Position numbers and translations under genes: made by a program
Virus record (IMG/VR): IMGVR_UViG_3300044500_000026
Coordinates: 1-53,623 of that record
DNA length: 53,623 nucleotides
Source of the DNA: a virus
Taxonomy: Duplodnaviria; Caudoviricetes
Strand: one strand, 5' to 3'
The notes under the pieces: generated by a model
What the model saw: only the letters and a program-made list of their open reading frames with translations
Told to the model about the DNA's origin: nothing
Database searches by the model: none
Part shown: piece by piece, positions 1 through 9,009 of the stretch
How the letters are laid out: every line of letters starts with the position of its first letter
Position numbering within the stretch: the stretch's first letter is position 1

Positions 1-26
1 GTAAGCAGCGAATGCACCCCGAAGGT
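1..26. repeat. Terminal direct repeat (circular assembly overlap), copy 1
   Basis: 1-26 gtaagcagcgaatgcaccccgaaggt matches 53598-53623 gtgagcagcgaatgcaccccgaaggt (25/26; the last 23 nt are identical), and the minus-strand frame continues across the junction. Confidence 0.9.
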
Positions 27-1451
27 AGAAGCGAAGTACTGGTCGTTGCCTACATTCTGAATCGAGTGGTGAGAGGCACCACCCAATGCCTTCGTGATCT
101 CTTCCATCTGGAAGTCTAGGAAGGAGGAGCCCGTAATACGATAGATCCCGGTTGTCTTGTAGACGACCAACTGTCCATGGAAGGAGGGACCTAGCCCGAT
201 CCCAATCCCACCGTCTTCGGGATCAATGTCCTCGAAGCCAGAGTCTACGAAATCGCCTGCTGACTCTGTGGTCCACACCGTTTCATTCAAGAGCCCCGAC
301 CAATAGAGCCGTGAGGGATGAGTCTTGTCTCCCATCACCCAGAGACGGTTCCTATGGACTCTCAAGATGGACCCTGGGGGAGAATCTGGGATAAGTACCG
401 CACGCTCGGCCGTCGAGTCCCAGACCAGAAGCCCAGGAGCGTTCTCTCGCGCAATGATGAGCTTGCCGTTGAAGGAGACGCAGTCTACGGCGAGCCGAGG
501 GTTCGAGTTGACAAGGTCATCATAGTTCTCAGCGATCAGACGGAAGTTGTGGTCCCCGGTATCGATGTAGACCCGACTGTTGACGACTGCAACCATACGA
601 TGGGCGGTGGGGGCAACAAGGCCATCAGCAACCCTGGGGAAGTCAAATAGACCCATGACGGTGGACTCTTCTCCCAAGCCAACGGATACATCATCGATTG
701 CCACGTCGATACGGCTTCCGCTATTCCATCGCAGAACAACACTTCCATTGGTGCCTGCCTCTCCCAAAGTCGTAATCGTGTTCGAGGTGAAGATCAGGAT
801 CTCATCGAAGTAGATCTTGATCGCTGGAGTGGCCGTCATCTCGAACTTCCAGGTATGGAAGGCATTGATGTCGTAAAGCTCCTGCCCACTGAGCAGCAGG
901 TTCCAGTCTTCCATCGTCCCTGAAGAAGCGGTGATGAGCGTAAAGACGCTATCGGCCATCTCCAGCTGTACACCTGAGGCATCGAACCTGACTCCCAGAC
1001 GATAAAGACCTGCAGTCGTTCCCGGATCTACCAGCAGCTCGAAGTAACTACCTACGGTGACGAGGTCTGCAGTCTCAATCCTGACCTGCGCTGTAAAGGT
1101 AGGCTCAAAATGCCCTGAGATCGTTCTGGTAAGACTTACCGAGCCAGCGGAGGACATTACTCCTCGATAGATCGTGTCTTCCTCTTGCGTGATCGGAGGA
1201 GTGGCATCCGAGGAGGTCCAGTCTCCTGGGACCTCTTTTGTGAAGTGGTCATCCAGGATCCCCCCAGGAATGGGGATTCGATTGCGATGGGATTGGCCTC
1301 CGCGCTTACGCCTCGTACCATCGAAGTTGTAGACGATGTCATCTGCCGTCACCAATTGAGAATGATGAGCCAAGGTCGGATTGATCCGACGATTGAGCCC
1401 CCCGTTCCAGGGGATCATGACGATCGCAGGTGGCTTCTCGGCAGTCGCCAT
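1..1451 (-). CDS. Tail nozzle / tail tubular B / P22 gp10-like stabilisation protein, N-terminal part (runs off the left end and continues at 53597 to 52151; about 965 aa in total)
   Basis: Absent from the ORF track. I translated it by hand from the ATG at 1451 (TAATG overlap with the upstream stop): MATAEKPPAIVMIPWNGGLNRRINP...DDIVYNFDGTRRKRGG...HRNRLWVMGDKTHPSRLYWSGL...GQLVVYKTTGIYRITG...SIQNVGNDQYFASTFGVHSLL, with no stop down to position 1. GGLN, RKRGG and RLYWS-type beta-propeller motifs and the position after the adaptor fit podovirus nozzles. Confidence 0.8.
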   Translation of the reverse strand, partial: MATAEKPPAIVMIPWNGGLNRRINPTLAHHSQLVTADDIVYNFDGTRRKRGGQSHRNRIPIPGGILDDHFTKEVPGDWTSSDATPPITQEEDTIYRGVMSSAGSVSLTRTISGHFEPTFTAQVRIETADLVTVGSYFELLVDPGTTAGLYRLGVRFDASGVQLEMADSVFTLITASSGTMEDWNLLLSGQELYDINAFHTWKFEMTATPAIKIYFDEILIFTSNTITTLGEAGTNGSVVLRWNSGSRIDVAIDDVSVGLGEESTVMGLFDFPRVADGLVAPTAHRMVAVVNSRVYIDTGDHNFRLIAENYDDLVNSNPRLAVDCVSFNGKLIIARENAPGLLVWDSTAERAVLIPDSPPGSILRVHRNRLWVMGDKTHPSRLYWSGLLNETVWTTESAGDFVDSGFEDIDPEDGGIGIGLGPSFHGQLVVYKTTGIYRITGSSFLDFQMEEITKALGGASHHSIQNVGNDQYFASTFGVHSLL

Positions 1452-2428
1452 TAGATCGATCGCTCCTCTTCGATCCCTTGCCGTACCCGATGCGTATTCC
1501 TTCGTCTGAACTCCTGCATCCGACGTAACCCTGTCTCCGGTTGGAATCGTGCGAAGGCATCTGCCCTACGAGTCACTCCTGCCAATTCATCTCGCCCCTG
1601 GAAGAAGAGGGACATCTGCATAGCTGCCGACTGACCTTCGTTCTTCCCCGTGCGGGCGATGTGCTCCAGAGCACCATCTTCGATAACGCTCTCGAGCTTC
1701 GTTGGGAAGGGCCAGGTGTCCTCATCGTTCTCGAACTTCTGGATCTCCTGGTAGTAGGTAAACCAGAGCTGACGGCGGTAGCGGGGGAAGGGATCCGTGA
1801 CGAGGACCCTTCTCCCTTGATAGTCCGATTCAATCGTGACCCCTGTCAGCTCTCCTGTTGGTAGGGTCGTATTCAGGACATGGGTTCCAAGGGAAGGGCC
1901 GAACCTTCGCTCATCGAACATCTCAGGGTTGTAGACCCGGATGTTCCCAGGGGAGACGAACTGGAGGAAGGCCACTTCGGAGTCGAAGTCGAGAGGTAAG
2001 GGATACTTGTTCTGGACGATATGATAGGACCTAGCACTAGCTGTCGTGCCGTTGAACTCGGTCGAGAGAGTAAGCGTAGTAGCTGAGGCCACAGCTCCGA
2101 TCGAGTACAGCTCCTCATAGCCCGAGACATGAAAGGTACGTCCCACCATCCCAGAGTCCCAGACCGTGGAAGTTCCCGTCACTGTCTTCGAGCCCTGAAT
2201 GACCGAAACCGTACCCGTTGTGACCTCAGCTTCGGTGATGATCGTTCCTCGACTATGAAGGAAGGGCCAGTAGGCGTACTGGCCGAGCTTGACCCCGACA
2301 CGGTTAACGGCTTGGAGCGCCTTCTCCACAAGCGGTGGACGAGACCCTTCGATCGTTGCGACTCCGGTCGTCTGTGCCCAGTTGGCTGAGCGCAGGACCA
2401 GGTTCACCATATCGAGAGCTCTGATCAC
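1451..2428 (-). CDS. Head-to-tail adaptor (tail tubular A / P22 gp4-like) with a beta-rich insertion
   Basis: 325 aa with an adaptor-like helical start, YWPFL and YPLPLDF motifs and an inserted TTGTVSVIQGSKTVTGTSTVW segment; directly upstream of the nozzle gene. Confidence 0.65.
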   Translation of the reverse strand: MIRALDMVNLVLRSANWAQTTGVATIEGSRPPLVEKALQAVNRVGVKLGQYAYWPFLHSRGTIITEAEVTTGTVSVIQGSKTVTGTSTVWDSGMVGRTFHVSGYEELYSIGAVASATTLTLSTEFNGTTASARSYHIVQNKYPLPLDFDSEVAFLQFVSPGNIRVYNPEMFDERRFGPSLGTHVLNTTLPTGELTGVTIESDYQGRRVLVTDPFPRYRRQLWFTYYQEIQKFENDEDTWPFPTKLESVIEDGALEHIARTGKNEGQSAAMQMSLFFQGRDELAGVTRRADAFARFQPETGLRRMQEFRRRNTHRVRQGIEEERSI

Positions 2429-2545
2429 CTACTTCTCCTTCTTCGTCTTCACTTCCGTAGAAAGGGGCTTCTCTTCCTTCTTCCCCTTCTTCTTTCGTGC
2501 CTTCTTCGCCGTAGGCAGGTAGCCCTCAGGATCGTTCTTTGGCAT
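2429..2545 (-). CDS. Lys-rich 38-aa micro-protein
   Basis: Hand translation MPKNDPEGYLPTAKKARKKKGKKEEKPLSTEVKTKKEK; AAAGGAG RBS upstream; fills the gap exactly. Confidence 0.6.
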   Translation of the reverse strand: MPKNDPEGYLPTAKKARKKKGKKEEKPLSTEVKTKKEK

Positions 2546-2557
2546 CTTACTCTCCTT

Positions 2558-3745
2558 TCATCGAGGAAATGGAACTACCCCTCCAGCAAGAATTGGATCC
2601 TGAAGATTAGTAGCTGACACTTCCATGTATTCTACATAGGCCCAAAGAGTGCTAATGCGCATGTCAGGAGTAGCATCCGTGCAACGAACCCCAATTTGAG
2701 CTGTGCCGAGTAGTGCTTTGGTCCATGGCCCACCAGCCTGTGGGTCAGTATAAGAGGTTAAGGTATAATTAAGAGGAGCTGTATCGCCATTAGTCTTCCA
2801 TGTCGTATCATTATGCGTTGTTGATGTCCCTGTCAACACAGCTCCACTAGCCTGACTTTTAATACGAGCCTCATAAGCCAACTGACTTGCAGAGACCGCC
2901 ATATGCCGCACCCCAACCTGAACTAATTTAATCGTGGCTCCGTCAGGAATGACGCCAGCTTCCTCAATATTCAAGTCGATAATGTCATTATTAACATCTA
3001 AGACATAATAATCTGTTACATCATTAGGAGGCTTCTCGTCCACCTGACCCCAATCAGAGCCTGAGTCAGTTCCTCCACGAGAACCCATAGCATTGTCACC
3101 ATCTCCATTAGGCATGAGCACGATGTCGTGCCCTTCTCCTGGCAGAGAGTTCTGAACTGACCCTGTCTCAGTGTTGACAGCTACATCATCGAAATAGACC
3201 TCGCCCGTAGTATTCTGCGTATGCAAACCAAGAGAGATAAAACTCACATCTTCTCGCCCTGCCGTCACCGTACCTGAAGCAAAAGAAGCCCCGTCGACAT
3301 AAGCTGTGACTACGCCTGTAGAATTGACCAGCCCAACTTCAATGCGATACCAAGTAGCTGTGCTGAGCGCCGCAGAATCCGATCCGATCTGAGCAGCATT
3401 CGTCCAAAGCTCAAGCGTATTATCTGTGTTCAACCGCACAGCAAAGGAGACCGCGAGTGTGTCCAGCCCGTGTAACAACGTTGATTGCGCACTAAGCGAT
3501 GTTTGAATGTACAGATAGAAGCGGCAGTAGCAATCATTCGTCGTAGCATCGACCGCAAAACGCTTCTCGAGAGAGTTTGCCGCAGCAGCTCCAGGATTGA
3601 CTCGAAGCCCACGTTCTCCTGTACGCGCAGCGGTTCCAGCCACTGCTGCGATACTTGTGCCTACTACAGCATCCCAAGAGCCAAAAGCAGCTCCACCATC
3701 GAGCACATCTTGGAGCTCCCAACCAGAGGTAAAGAGCCGTGCCAT
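2558..3745 (-). CDS. Virion protein with ConA/LamG-like lectin domain plus a second beta-sandwich domain
   Basis: Start moved to ATG 3745 (TAATG overlap); TWYRIEV...VTAYVDG...YFDDVAV pattern resembles LamG-like folds. Confidence 0.6.
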   Translation of the reverse strand: MARLFTSGWELQDVLDGGAAFGSWDAVVGTSIAAVAGTAARTGERGLRVNPGAAAANSLEKRFAVDATTNDCYCRFYLYIQTSLSAQSTLLHGLDTLAVSFAVRLNTDNTLELWTNAAQIGSDSAALSTATWYRIEVGLVNSTGVVTAYVDGASFASGTVTAGREDVSFISLGLHTQNTTGEVYFDDVAVNTETGSVQNSLPGEGHDIVLMPNGDGDNAMGSRGGTDSGSDWGQVDEKPPNDVTDYYVLDVNNDIIDLNIEEAGVIPDGATIKLVQVGVRHMAVSASQLAYEARIKSQASGAVLTGTSTTHNDTTWKTNGDTAPLNYTLTSYTDPQAGGPWTKALLGTAQIGVRCTDATPDMRISTLWAYVEYMEVSATNLQDPILAGGVVPFPR

Positions 3746-4068
3746 TAAGGGAAACTCCAATAGAAGGTTTCCGTATGAAATGGTGGATCAGGAGGTAGCT
3801 CTCCTGCTTGAACTCGACACTTATGTCGACCTATCATCGCACGCACCAAACCATTGATAGAAACATTCCTAATATTATCGTGAAGAAGCAGAGCATTCGA
3901 CTCAAGCTCAAAAGCCACGTCCACAAGGAAACTTGGAGGTGGGCCAAAAGCTACCGAGTTATTTATCAAGACCACCTTGCCTACTAGAAAAGAGTTATAG
4001 CTAGTAACAAAAGCATTGCGAGTAGCATTGGTCGTAAAGACCATCGTTCCTTTCAAGCGCCAGAGCAT
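3745..4068 (-). CDS. Hypothetical protein in the tail/fibre region
   Basis: 107 aa, tightly coupled to both neighbours. Confidence 0.6.
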   Translation of the reverse strand: MLWRLKGTMVFTTNATRNAFVTSYNSFLVGKVVLINNSVAFGPPPSFLVDVAFELESNALLLHDNIRNVSINGLVRAMIGRHKCRVQAGELPPDPPFHTETFYWSFP

Positions 4069-6081
4069 CTAGATCTCAATCGTATGATAGGTTATCGTCA
4101 CCGTGATCGCTCCTCCCACCGGATCATCACAAGTAATCCTCAATTCCTCGTCTGAAGCTCCTTGGGCAATGACACCACTACCATCCCCCTTCACCACGCC
4201 ACTACCTGGTTTAACCTTCGAGTGAGAGAGCACGACACCGTTCACTCCAGTCAGAGATGCCGCAGGAACAGAGGCAGTACCAAATCCAATCCTCACTTTG
4301 ACGTCTACCGTGTTTGCTCCGCTGGCCATCACATCGATCATTGTAATAACAACACTCGTCCCTGCGGCTATCGTACCAAGGAGAGAAGCATTCGTCTGGG
4401 CACCATCAGAATCCAAGATCGTGACTTCGCGAGTAATAATATTCGGGTGGCCCCCAAGAACCCAAGGTATGCCATGCCGACTTGCATACCAGTTCGTTCT
4501 ATCGTTCGCCGCTACCGCTGAAGGACTAGCACCATTAGCTATTGCCTTCATTCCTAGCTTAAGAGGATTTCCAGAGTCTGCTGCATCATGGGCAAGCTCA
4601 CCCACGATCTGAGCATTGAGATTAGATGCCGTAGCTTGAATAACGTCGTTGTTTGCTCCCAGATTAACCAGCATGCCATCGGTCGTTGAGCCCAGGACTC
4701 GATCCCAGTTCGTGCCATCATAATAATGGCCAAAGGCACCTACAGCAGGAGCCGTAGGACTAGCCACATTGTCGGCGGTCAAGGCTACTGCCGCTGGGAG
4801 CTCCGTGTCCGCCGTGACAGAGCCAGTAACGGTCACATCATTATTAGTTCCTAGATTTACCAGAGTCCCGTCTGTCGAGTTACCTGGCGATCTATCCCAA
4901 GTCGCTCCATCCCAAAGAAGTTGATTCGCGCCAATGCGAGAGGTCGTAGGGTTGGGGTCGTTGTCTGCCAAGGCCCCAGCAGCCGGCAGTTCCGTATCTG
5001 CCGTAACTGCAATTGCGCTTTGGTTAGAGGCAATGGCCACCGAGATCGAATTGGCCATCGTCTGCTGCCCTTCATTCGGCAGACGAGTAATATCAACCTC
5101 TAGCCCATTAGCAGCACTTCCTCCTGCGCGATACCAAGCTCCTCCGTTCCATGCCTGAAGAGCAGCTCCTACCTGAGGAGCCGTTGGATTTGGATCAGCA
5201 TCCCCAAGTACCGCAGCCACCGGAAGCTCAGTGTCCACGATTCCGATGCTATTGGTTCCAGCAGGAAGAGCTACGTCAGTTGCGAGCACCACTCGCTGTG
5301 TATTCGCTGAGACTATTCCAGAAGCTCCTTGGACTCCTGCCTGCCCAACGATCGTATTAACCTTTGCTCGATCCGATTCATCCCAGTCATCTATGACGGA
5401 GAGAGAGAGAACAGCAAGATCATTGGTTGCCAGCACCACCCGCTGAGTTGCTCCGGTAGTGGCACCTGCACCACCATCGACACCGTTCTCAGTCCAGATA
5501 GGGGATACCTGCACGGGAGAGTCAATATCCACCATGACGCGACCATCTGCTGCCACCTGGATGGCAAGGATCTCATCCAGTGATGCATTCTTCCCCATAG
5601 CGACCGTGCCCGTAGGGGTCGCATCCACATCACCCTGGGTATACTGAACTCCTCCTCCTCCACCCGTCTTAACATTGACCTTCAGAAAACCTGATCCGTC
5701 TACTTGCAAGATAGAACGATCACCGTCGGAAGAAAGTGCCGCATCAGCTGCTTGCTGGACGACACCAGCAAGCGTTACCAGATCCCCCGAGACATGAGCC
5801 GTGTCCTCTGCGTACTGAGTCCCGCCACTGCCCCCTGAGATGATGTTGACAGGAAGTGGAGTCACTGCAGAGACCGGGACTAACGCATCTCCTACGTCTT
5901 CCCACAGGATTGCAGTACCTGTGATCGAGGCGTCAGTATCTCCCTCGGTGTACTGGATCCCTCCCGTACCCCCCGAGATGACGTCCACCCACAGCCGTCC
6001 ATTGACGACTCGGGCATGCTCCCCCTCGTCGGTCGCGTCAGAGACGGTTACAGGCTCACGCCTTGACGTTTGGCCGGACAC
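4069..6081 (-). CDS. Repeat-rich virion fibre/appendage protein
   Basis: 670 aa, rich in G/A/T/D/V, with internal repeats DTELPxA x3, LVNLGxNNDV x2, TQRVVLAT x2. Confidence 0.6.
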   Translation of the reverse strand: MSGQTSRREPVTVSDATDEGEHARVVNGRLWVDVISGGTGGIQYTEGDTDASITGTAILWEDVGDALVPVSAVTPLPVNIISGGSGGTQYAEDTAHVSGDLVTLAGVVQQAADAALSSDGDRSILQVDGSGFLKVNVKTGGGGGVQYTQGDVDATPTGTVAMGKNASLDEILAIQVAADGRVMVDIDSPVQVSPIWTENGVDGGAGATTGATQRVVLATNDLAVLSLSVIDDWDESDRAKVNTIVGQAGVQGASGIVSANTQRVVLATDVALPAGTNSIGIVDTELPVAAVLGDADPNPTAPQVGAALQAWNGGAWYRAGGSAANGLEVDITRLPNEGQQTMANSISVAIASNQSAIAVTADTELPAAGALADNDPNPTTSRIGANQLLWDGATWDRSPGNSTDGTLVNLGTNNDVTVTGSVTADTELPAAVALTADNVASPTAPAVGAFGHYYDGTNWDRVLGSTTDGMLVNLGANNDVIQATASNLNAQIVGELAHDAADSGNPLKLGMKAIANGASPSAVAANDRTNWYASRHGIPWVLGGHPNIITREVTILDSDGAQTNASLLGTIAAGTSVVITMIDVMASGANTVDVKVRIGFGTASVPAASLTGVNGVVLSHSKVKPGSGVVKGDGSGVIAQGASDEELRITCDDPVGGAITVTITYHTIEI

Positions 6082-6934
6082 TCGCTTGCGTCTCCCTTAG
6101 AAGGCACTCATTCTCTCGACGTCGGATGTCATGCTCCCGCTGGATCAGCTTCTGCTCCCTCCCTTGATACTCCCGCTCATTGACTTCGAGTTGCTTCTCC
6201 CGATTGGAGCAAGCTTCCTCTCTCGTCAATGCTCGGTTCCATTTATCTTGGGCTTCCTGACTCCGAGAACCTGCAGCACTCAGCTCTCGGGAAGCTTCCT
6301 CCTTGAGACGCTGAGCAGAGTCCTCCTTGCCGGCAATCCTGGTTTCCCGCTCCTGGACGACTTTGAGCCCCTCGATCGTGCGGGTCTCCGTGTCATGGAT
6401 CTTGCGTTCACGAAGCGTCAGACTCGAGAGATCTGCCCTGAGAGCCTCGACACTCGCTTGGTAACGGGCTTCGTTCCTTTGAGCCTCCTCCATCTTGCCG
6501 TGGAGCAGCTCCTCTTCCCGAGCCAGATGTCGAACTGCCTCAGCATGGGAAAGCTGGGCTAACCGAAGACTTTCCTTTTCAACTAAGAATCGCTCCTGCT
6601 CCGCTACGAACGATCTCCTGAACTCTGCTACCTCAGTCTTCTGCCTACTGATCGCTTGGCGAGCTTGGTTGCTAAGCTCTTGACACTCTAGTTCAGCGGC
6701 GTGCCGCATCGCTTGGGCATCTTCATCTGCGCGGCGTAGGATGTCGCCAGCCATGTCCTGCGCCTGGTTGAGGTCCTTCTCGACCGCACGCCGCTTCTCT
6801 TCGATCTCCGCTATATCTTTCAGCTTCGAGAGCTTCTGAGACTCCTCACGCATCTTGGCAGTTGCCACTTCGATCTGGTGAGCCTGCTTCGGGTCGATGG
6901 GAGACTGGATGATCACTCGTGGTCTCGAGGTCAT
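6056..6934 (-). CDS. Coiled-coil protein
   Basis: 292 aa, E/R/Q/A/L-rich heptad-like composition; ATGA-coupled to the upstream gene. Confidence 0.6.
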   Translation of the reverse strand: MTSRPRVIIQSPIDPKQAHQIEVATAKMREESQKLSKLKDIAEIEEKRRAVEKDLNQAQDMAGDILRRADEDAQAMRHAAELECQELSNQARQAISRQKTEVAEFRRSFVAEQERFLVEKESLRLAQLSHAEAVRHLAREEELLHGKMEEAQRNEARYQASVEALRADLSSLTLRERKIHDTETRTIEGLKVVQERETRIAGKEDSAQRLKEEASRELSAAGSRSQEAQDKWNRALTREEACSNREKQLEVNEREYQGREQKLIQREHDIRRRENECLLRETQASVRPNVKA

Positions 6935-7437
6935 GCTGGGTACTCCGGCCGGAAGCCGAACTCGACCCGGCTCTTGGAGGCATTGAAGGCCGTAGACCCA
7001 TACTCGTTCTCGACCGTCAGATGGAACTCTCCTGAATTATCGAGATCCTTGTAGGGAATGGAGAGCCCACCCACATGAGCGATCCAGATGGAGGTAGTGA
7101 GACCAGAGGCTTGACGAACGAACTCGGAAGCCGAGAGCACTTCCTTGCCCCAGCACTTGACGGTCGCCAGAGCCGTCACGTTGTTCGAGTCATTCCCCCA
7201 CCAGGAGATAATCGCTGCTGGAGCCACAGCAACATTGTTCACGACGTAGAGGACTACGTCTTCGATCGTCCCATGGAGCGTATCAGCTAAGCGCGGGGGC
7301 ACCTCGTTCTTCACGAAGTTCGCTTGACCCGTTAGCTTCAGGTGCGTGTTGAGGGCTGCTCCCGCTGCTATCGCTGCCAGTGGCCCCGAGTTGATCCGGA
7401 CGAGTGGCGTTCCCCGACTCGGCGTGATTCCTGCCAT
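6931..7437 (-). CDS. Probable virion structural protein
   Basis: 168 aa, beta-rich, in the head/tail operon. Confidence 0.5.
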   Translation of the reverse strand: MAGITPSRGTPLVRINSGPLAAIAAGAALNTHLKLTGQANFVKNEVPPRLADTLHGTIEDVVLYVVNNVAVAPAAIISWWGNDSNNVTALATVKCWGKEVLSASEFVRQASGLTTSIWIAHVGGLSIPYKDLDNSGEFHLTVENEYGSTAFNASKSRVEFGFRPEYPA

Positions 7438-8518
7438 TCTTCAACCCCCGAGTGACGGCAACCCAGTTCTCATCGGCATCCGAGAGCTGGACTGCGTCAA
7501 AGAAAACGTGGAGAACGCGCTCCATCTCCTCCCGCCCTTGAGCCGTCTTCGGCACGACGTAGATTCGTCGCTCGTGCTTCGAGACTCGAAGCTGATCGGA
7601 GACGTACTCTTCAGACAAGGAGGGACAGATCTCAACCGTGAGCGGTGGGGGTGGAGTCGGACGACCGTAAGCTTTGTAGGGGGGAGCATCTTTGGGAAGC
7701 TCGAAGGTCTTCTGCTTCTCCATGTCCCAGTGGCCACAAAGAACGGAGCCCATGACAGCGACCCTGAAGCCTGACTCCCGAGCCAGCTTGTCACAGAAGT
7801 AGATGTCATGGCCCCAGACACTCGTCCCAGGCTTCGTTGGATCCTCGGACGCTCCATGGACGTCTGCCCAGTAAGGCTCCGTCATCTTCTTGAGCGCCTC
7901 GGTGCGAACCATGAGACAGCCACCACCTGCAGCCCAGATGGTATCGGGCTCAGCATTCGGGTCGATCGAGAAGTTCCACCAAGCCCCATCTCCCTGACGC
8001 TCATAGATCATGGGCTCCGTGGGATCCGTCCTCGTGCAGACGACTCCCGTCAAGATCCCAATGTCCGGGTAACGAGCCATCGCGTTCTGCATGTTGTAGA
8101 AGACATGCTGAGGCAAGATGACATCGTCGTCCCAGTAAAAGATGAACTCAGGATCCAGCTCGAGCGCACGGTGAGTCATGAAATCTCGAGCTGGGCCTGA
8201 GAGCTTGCCCTTCTCTGCCAAGTAGCCAACCGTCGTTCCCAGAGGAACGATCAACTGCATGTGATTGGTTGCCCACTCGAAAGAGACGAGTCCTTGATTC
8301 CTAGCCGAACGGAAGAGCTTCTTCCCGTGCCAGGGACACTCACAGTTCTCTCGTCCGCATTCGCCTGCTTCTGGGACATCGAAGATCAGCTCCTCATCCT
8401 TAGGTCCGATGGGGATGCAGACAATCATCTTCGGGTTGGCCCGAGGATGCTTGATGCCAGGCCGGCGACTGATCTCAACCGAGCATGTGGGATTCTCGTT
8501 GAGCCCAGGAATCATCAT
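7283..8518 (-). CDS. GT-A fold glycosyltransferase (GT2-like)
   Basis: MIVCIP...ARDFMTHRAL...FIFYWDDDVILP (DxD)...AAGGGCLMVRTEAL...GHDIYFC...GFRVAVMGSVLCGH; AGGAG RBS. Confidence 0.8.
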   Translation of the reverse strand: MMIPGLNENPTCSVEISRRPGIKHPRANPKMIVCIPIGPKDEELIFDVPEAGECGRENCECPWHGKKLFRSARNQGLVSFEWATNHMQLIVPLGTTVGYLAEKGKLSGPARDFMTHRALELDPEFIFYWDDDVILPQHVFYNMQNAMARYPDIGILTGVVCTRTDPTEPMIYERQGDGAWWNFSIDPNAEPDTIWAAGGGCLMVRTEALKKMTEPYWADVHGASEDPTKPGTSVWGHDIYFCDKLARESGFRVAVMGSVLCGHWDMEKQKTFELPKDAPPYKAYGRPTPPPPLTVEICPSLSEEYVSDQLRVSKHERRIYVVPKTAQGREEMERVLHVFFDAVQLSDADENWVAVTRGLKNGRNHAESGNATRPDQLGATGSDSSGSSPQHAPEANGSSELREERGAPALS

Positions 8519-8523
8519 TTCTC

Positions 8524-9000
8524 CTATTGGAACCAGAGGAAGGCGTTGAAGTCACCCGTGATGGACTGATAGCCAGAACTGGTGATCAGCTTCGCCGTCC
8601 AGGTATCGCCACGAACTGAAGGGAAAGAGACCAGATTCGACGTGTAGTAGTTGAGTACTCTCGTCACCGCCACCGCTGTAGAGGTATGAACGATCGACCC
8701 ATTCTTCTTCAGTCGAAGCTGCCAGGTCCCCGTCACATTCGCCGTATTACGGCAGACGGAGTAGCCCACAAGGGACTTCCCCGCAGGAATCGTGAAAGCC
8801 GTCAGCCCAGCAATCCCCGCAACAGAGAGAAAGGCTGACGTGTTAGCCGGCATATTGATCTTCGTCAATGGTCCTACAGCCGCAATGGCTGAGGGATACG
8901 GACGAAGCTGGGACCCCTGCTCGGGCCGAATGAAGATCGGTCCCTCGAACATGGTCCCCGGAGGTCCACCGGCCGTCCCGCTCTGCGGAAGATTTGCCAT
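8524..9000 (-). CDS. Probable capsid decoration protein
   Basis: 158 aa directly downstream of the major capsid gene; GGAGG RBS; N-terminal GTMFEGPI motif is like post-capsid decoration proteins. Confidence 0.5.
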   Translation of the reverse strand: MANLPQSGTAGGPPGTMFEGPIFIRPEQGSQLRPYPSAIAAVGPLTKINMPANTSAFLSVAGIAGLTAFTIPAGKSLVGYSVCRNTANVTGTWQLRLKKNGSIVHTSTAVAVTRVLNYYTSNLVSFPSVRGDTWTAKLITSSGYQSITGDFNAFLWFQ

Positions 9001-9009
9001 GTGTGCCTC

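Noticed and set aside
152-1454. Short ORFs listed by the track in the first 1.45 kb
   Set aside because: They are alternative frames of the single minus-strand nozzle gene that crosses the origin
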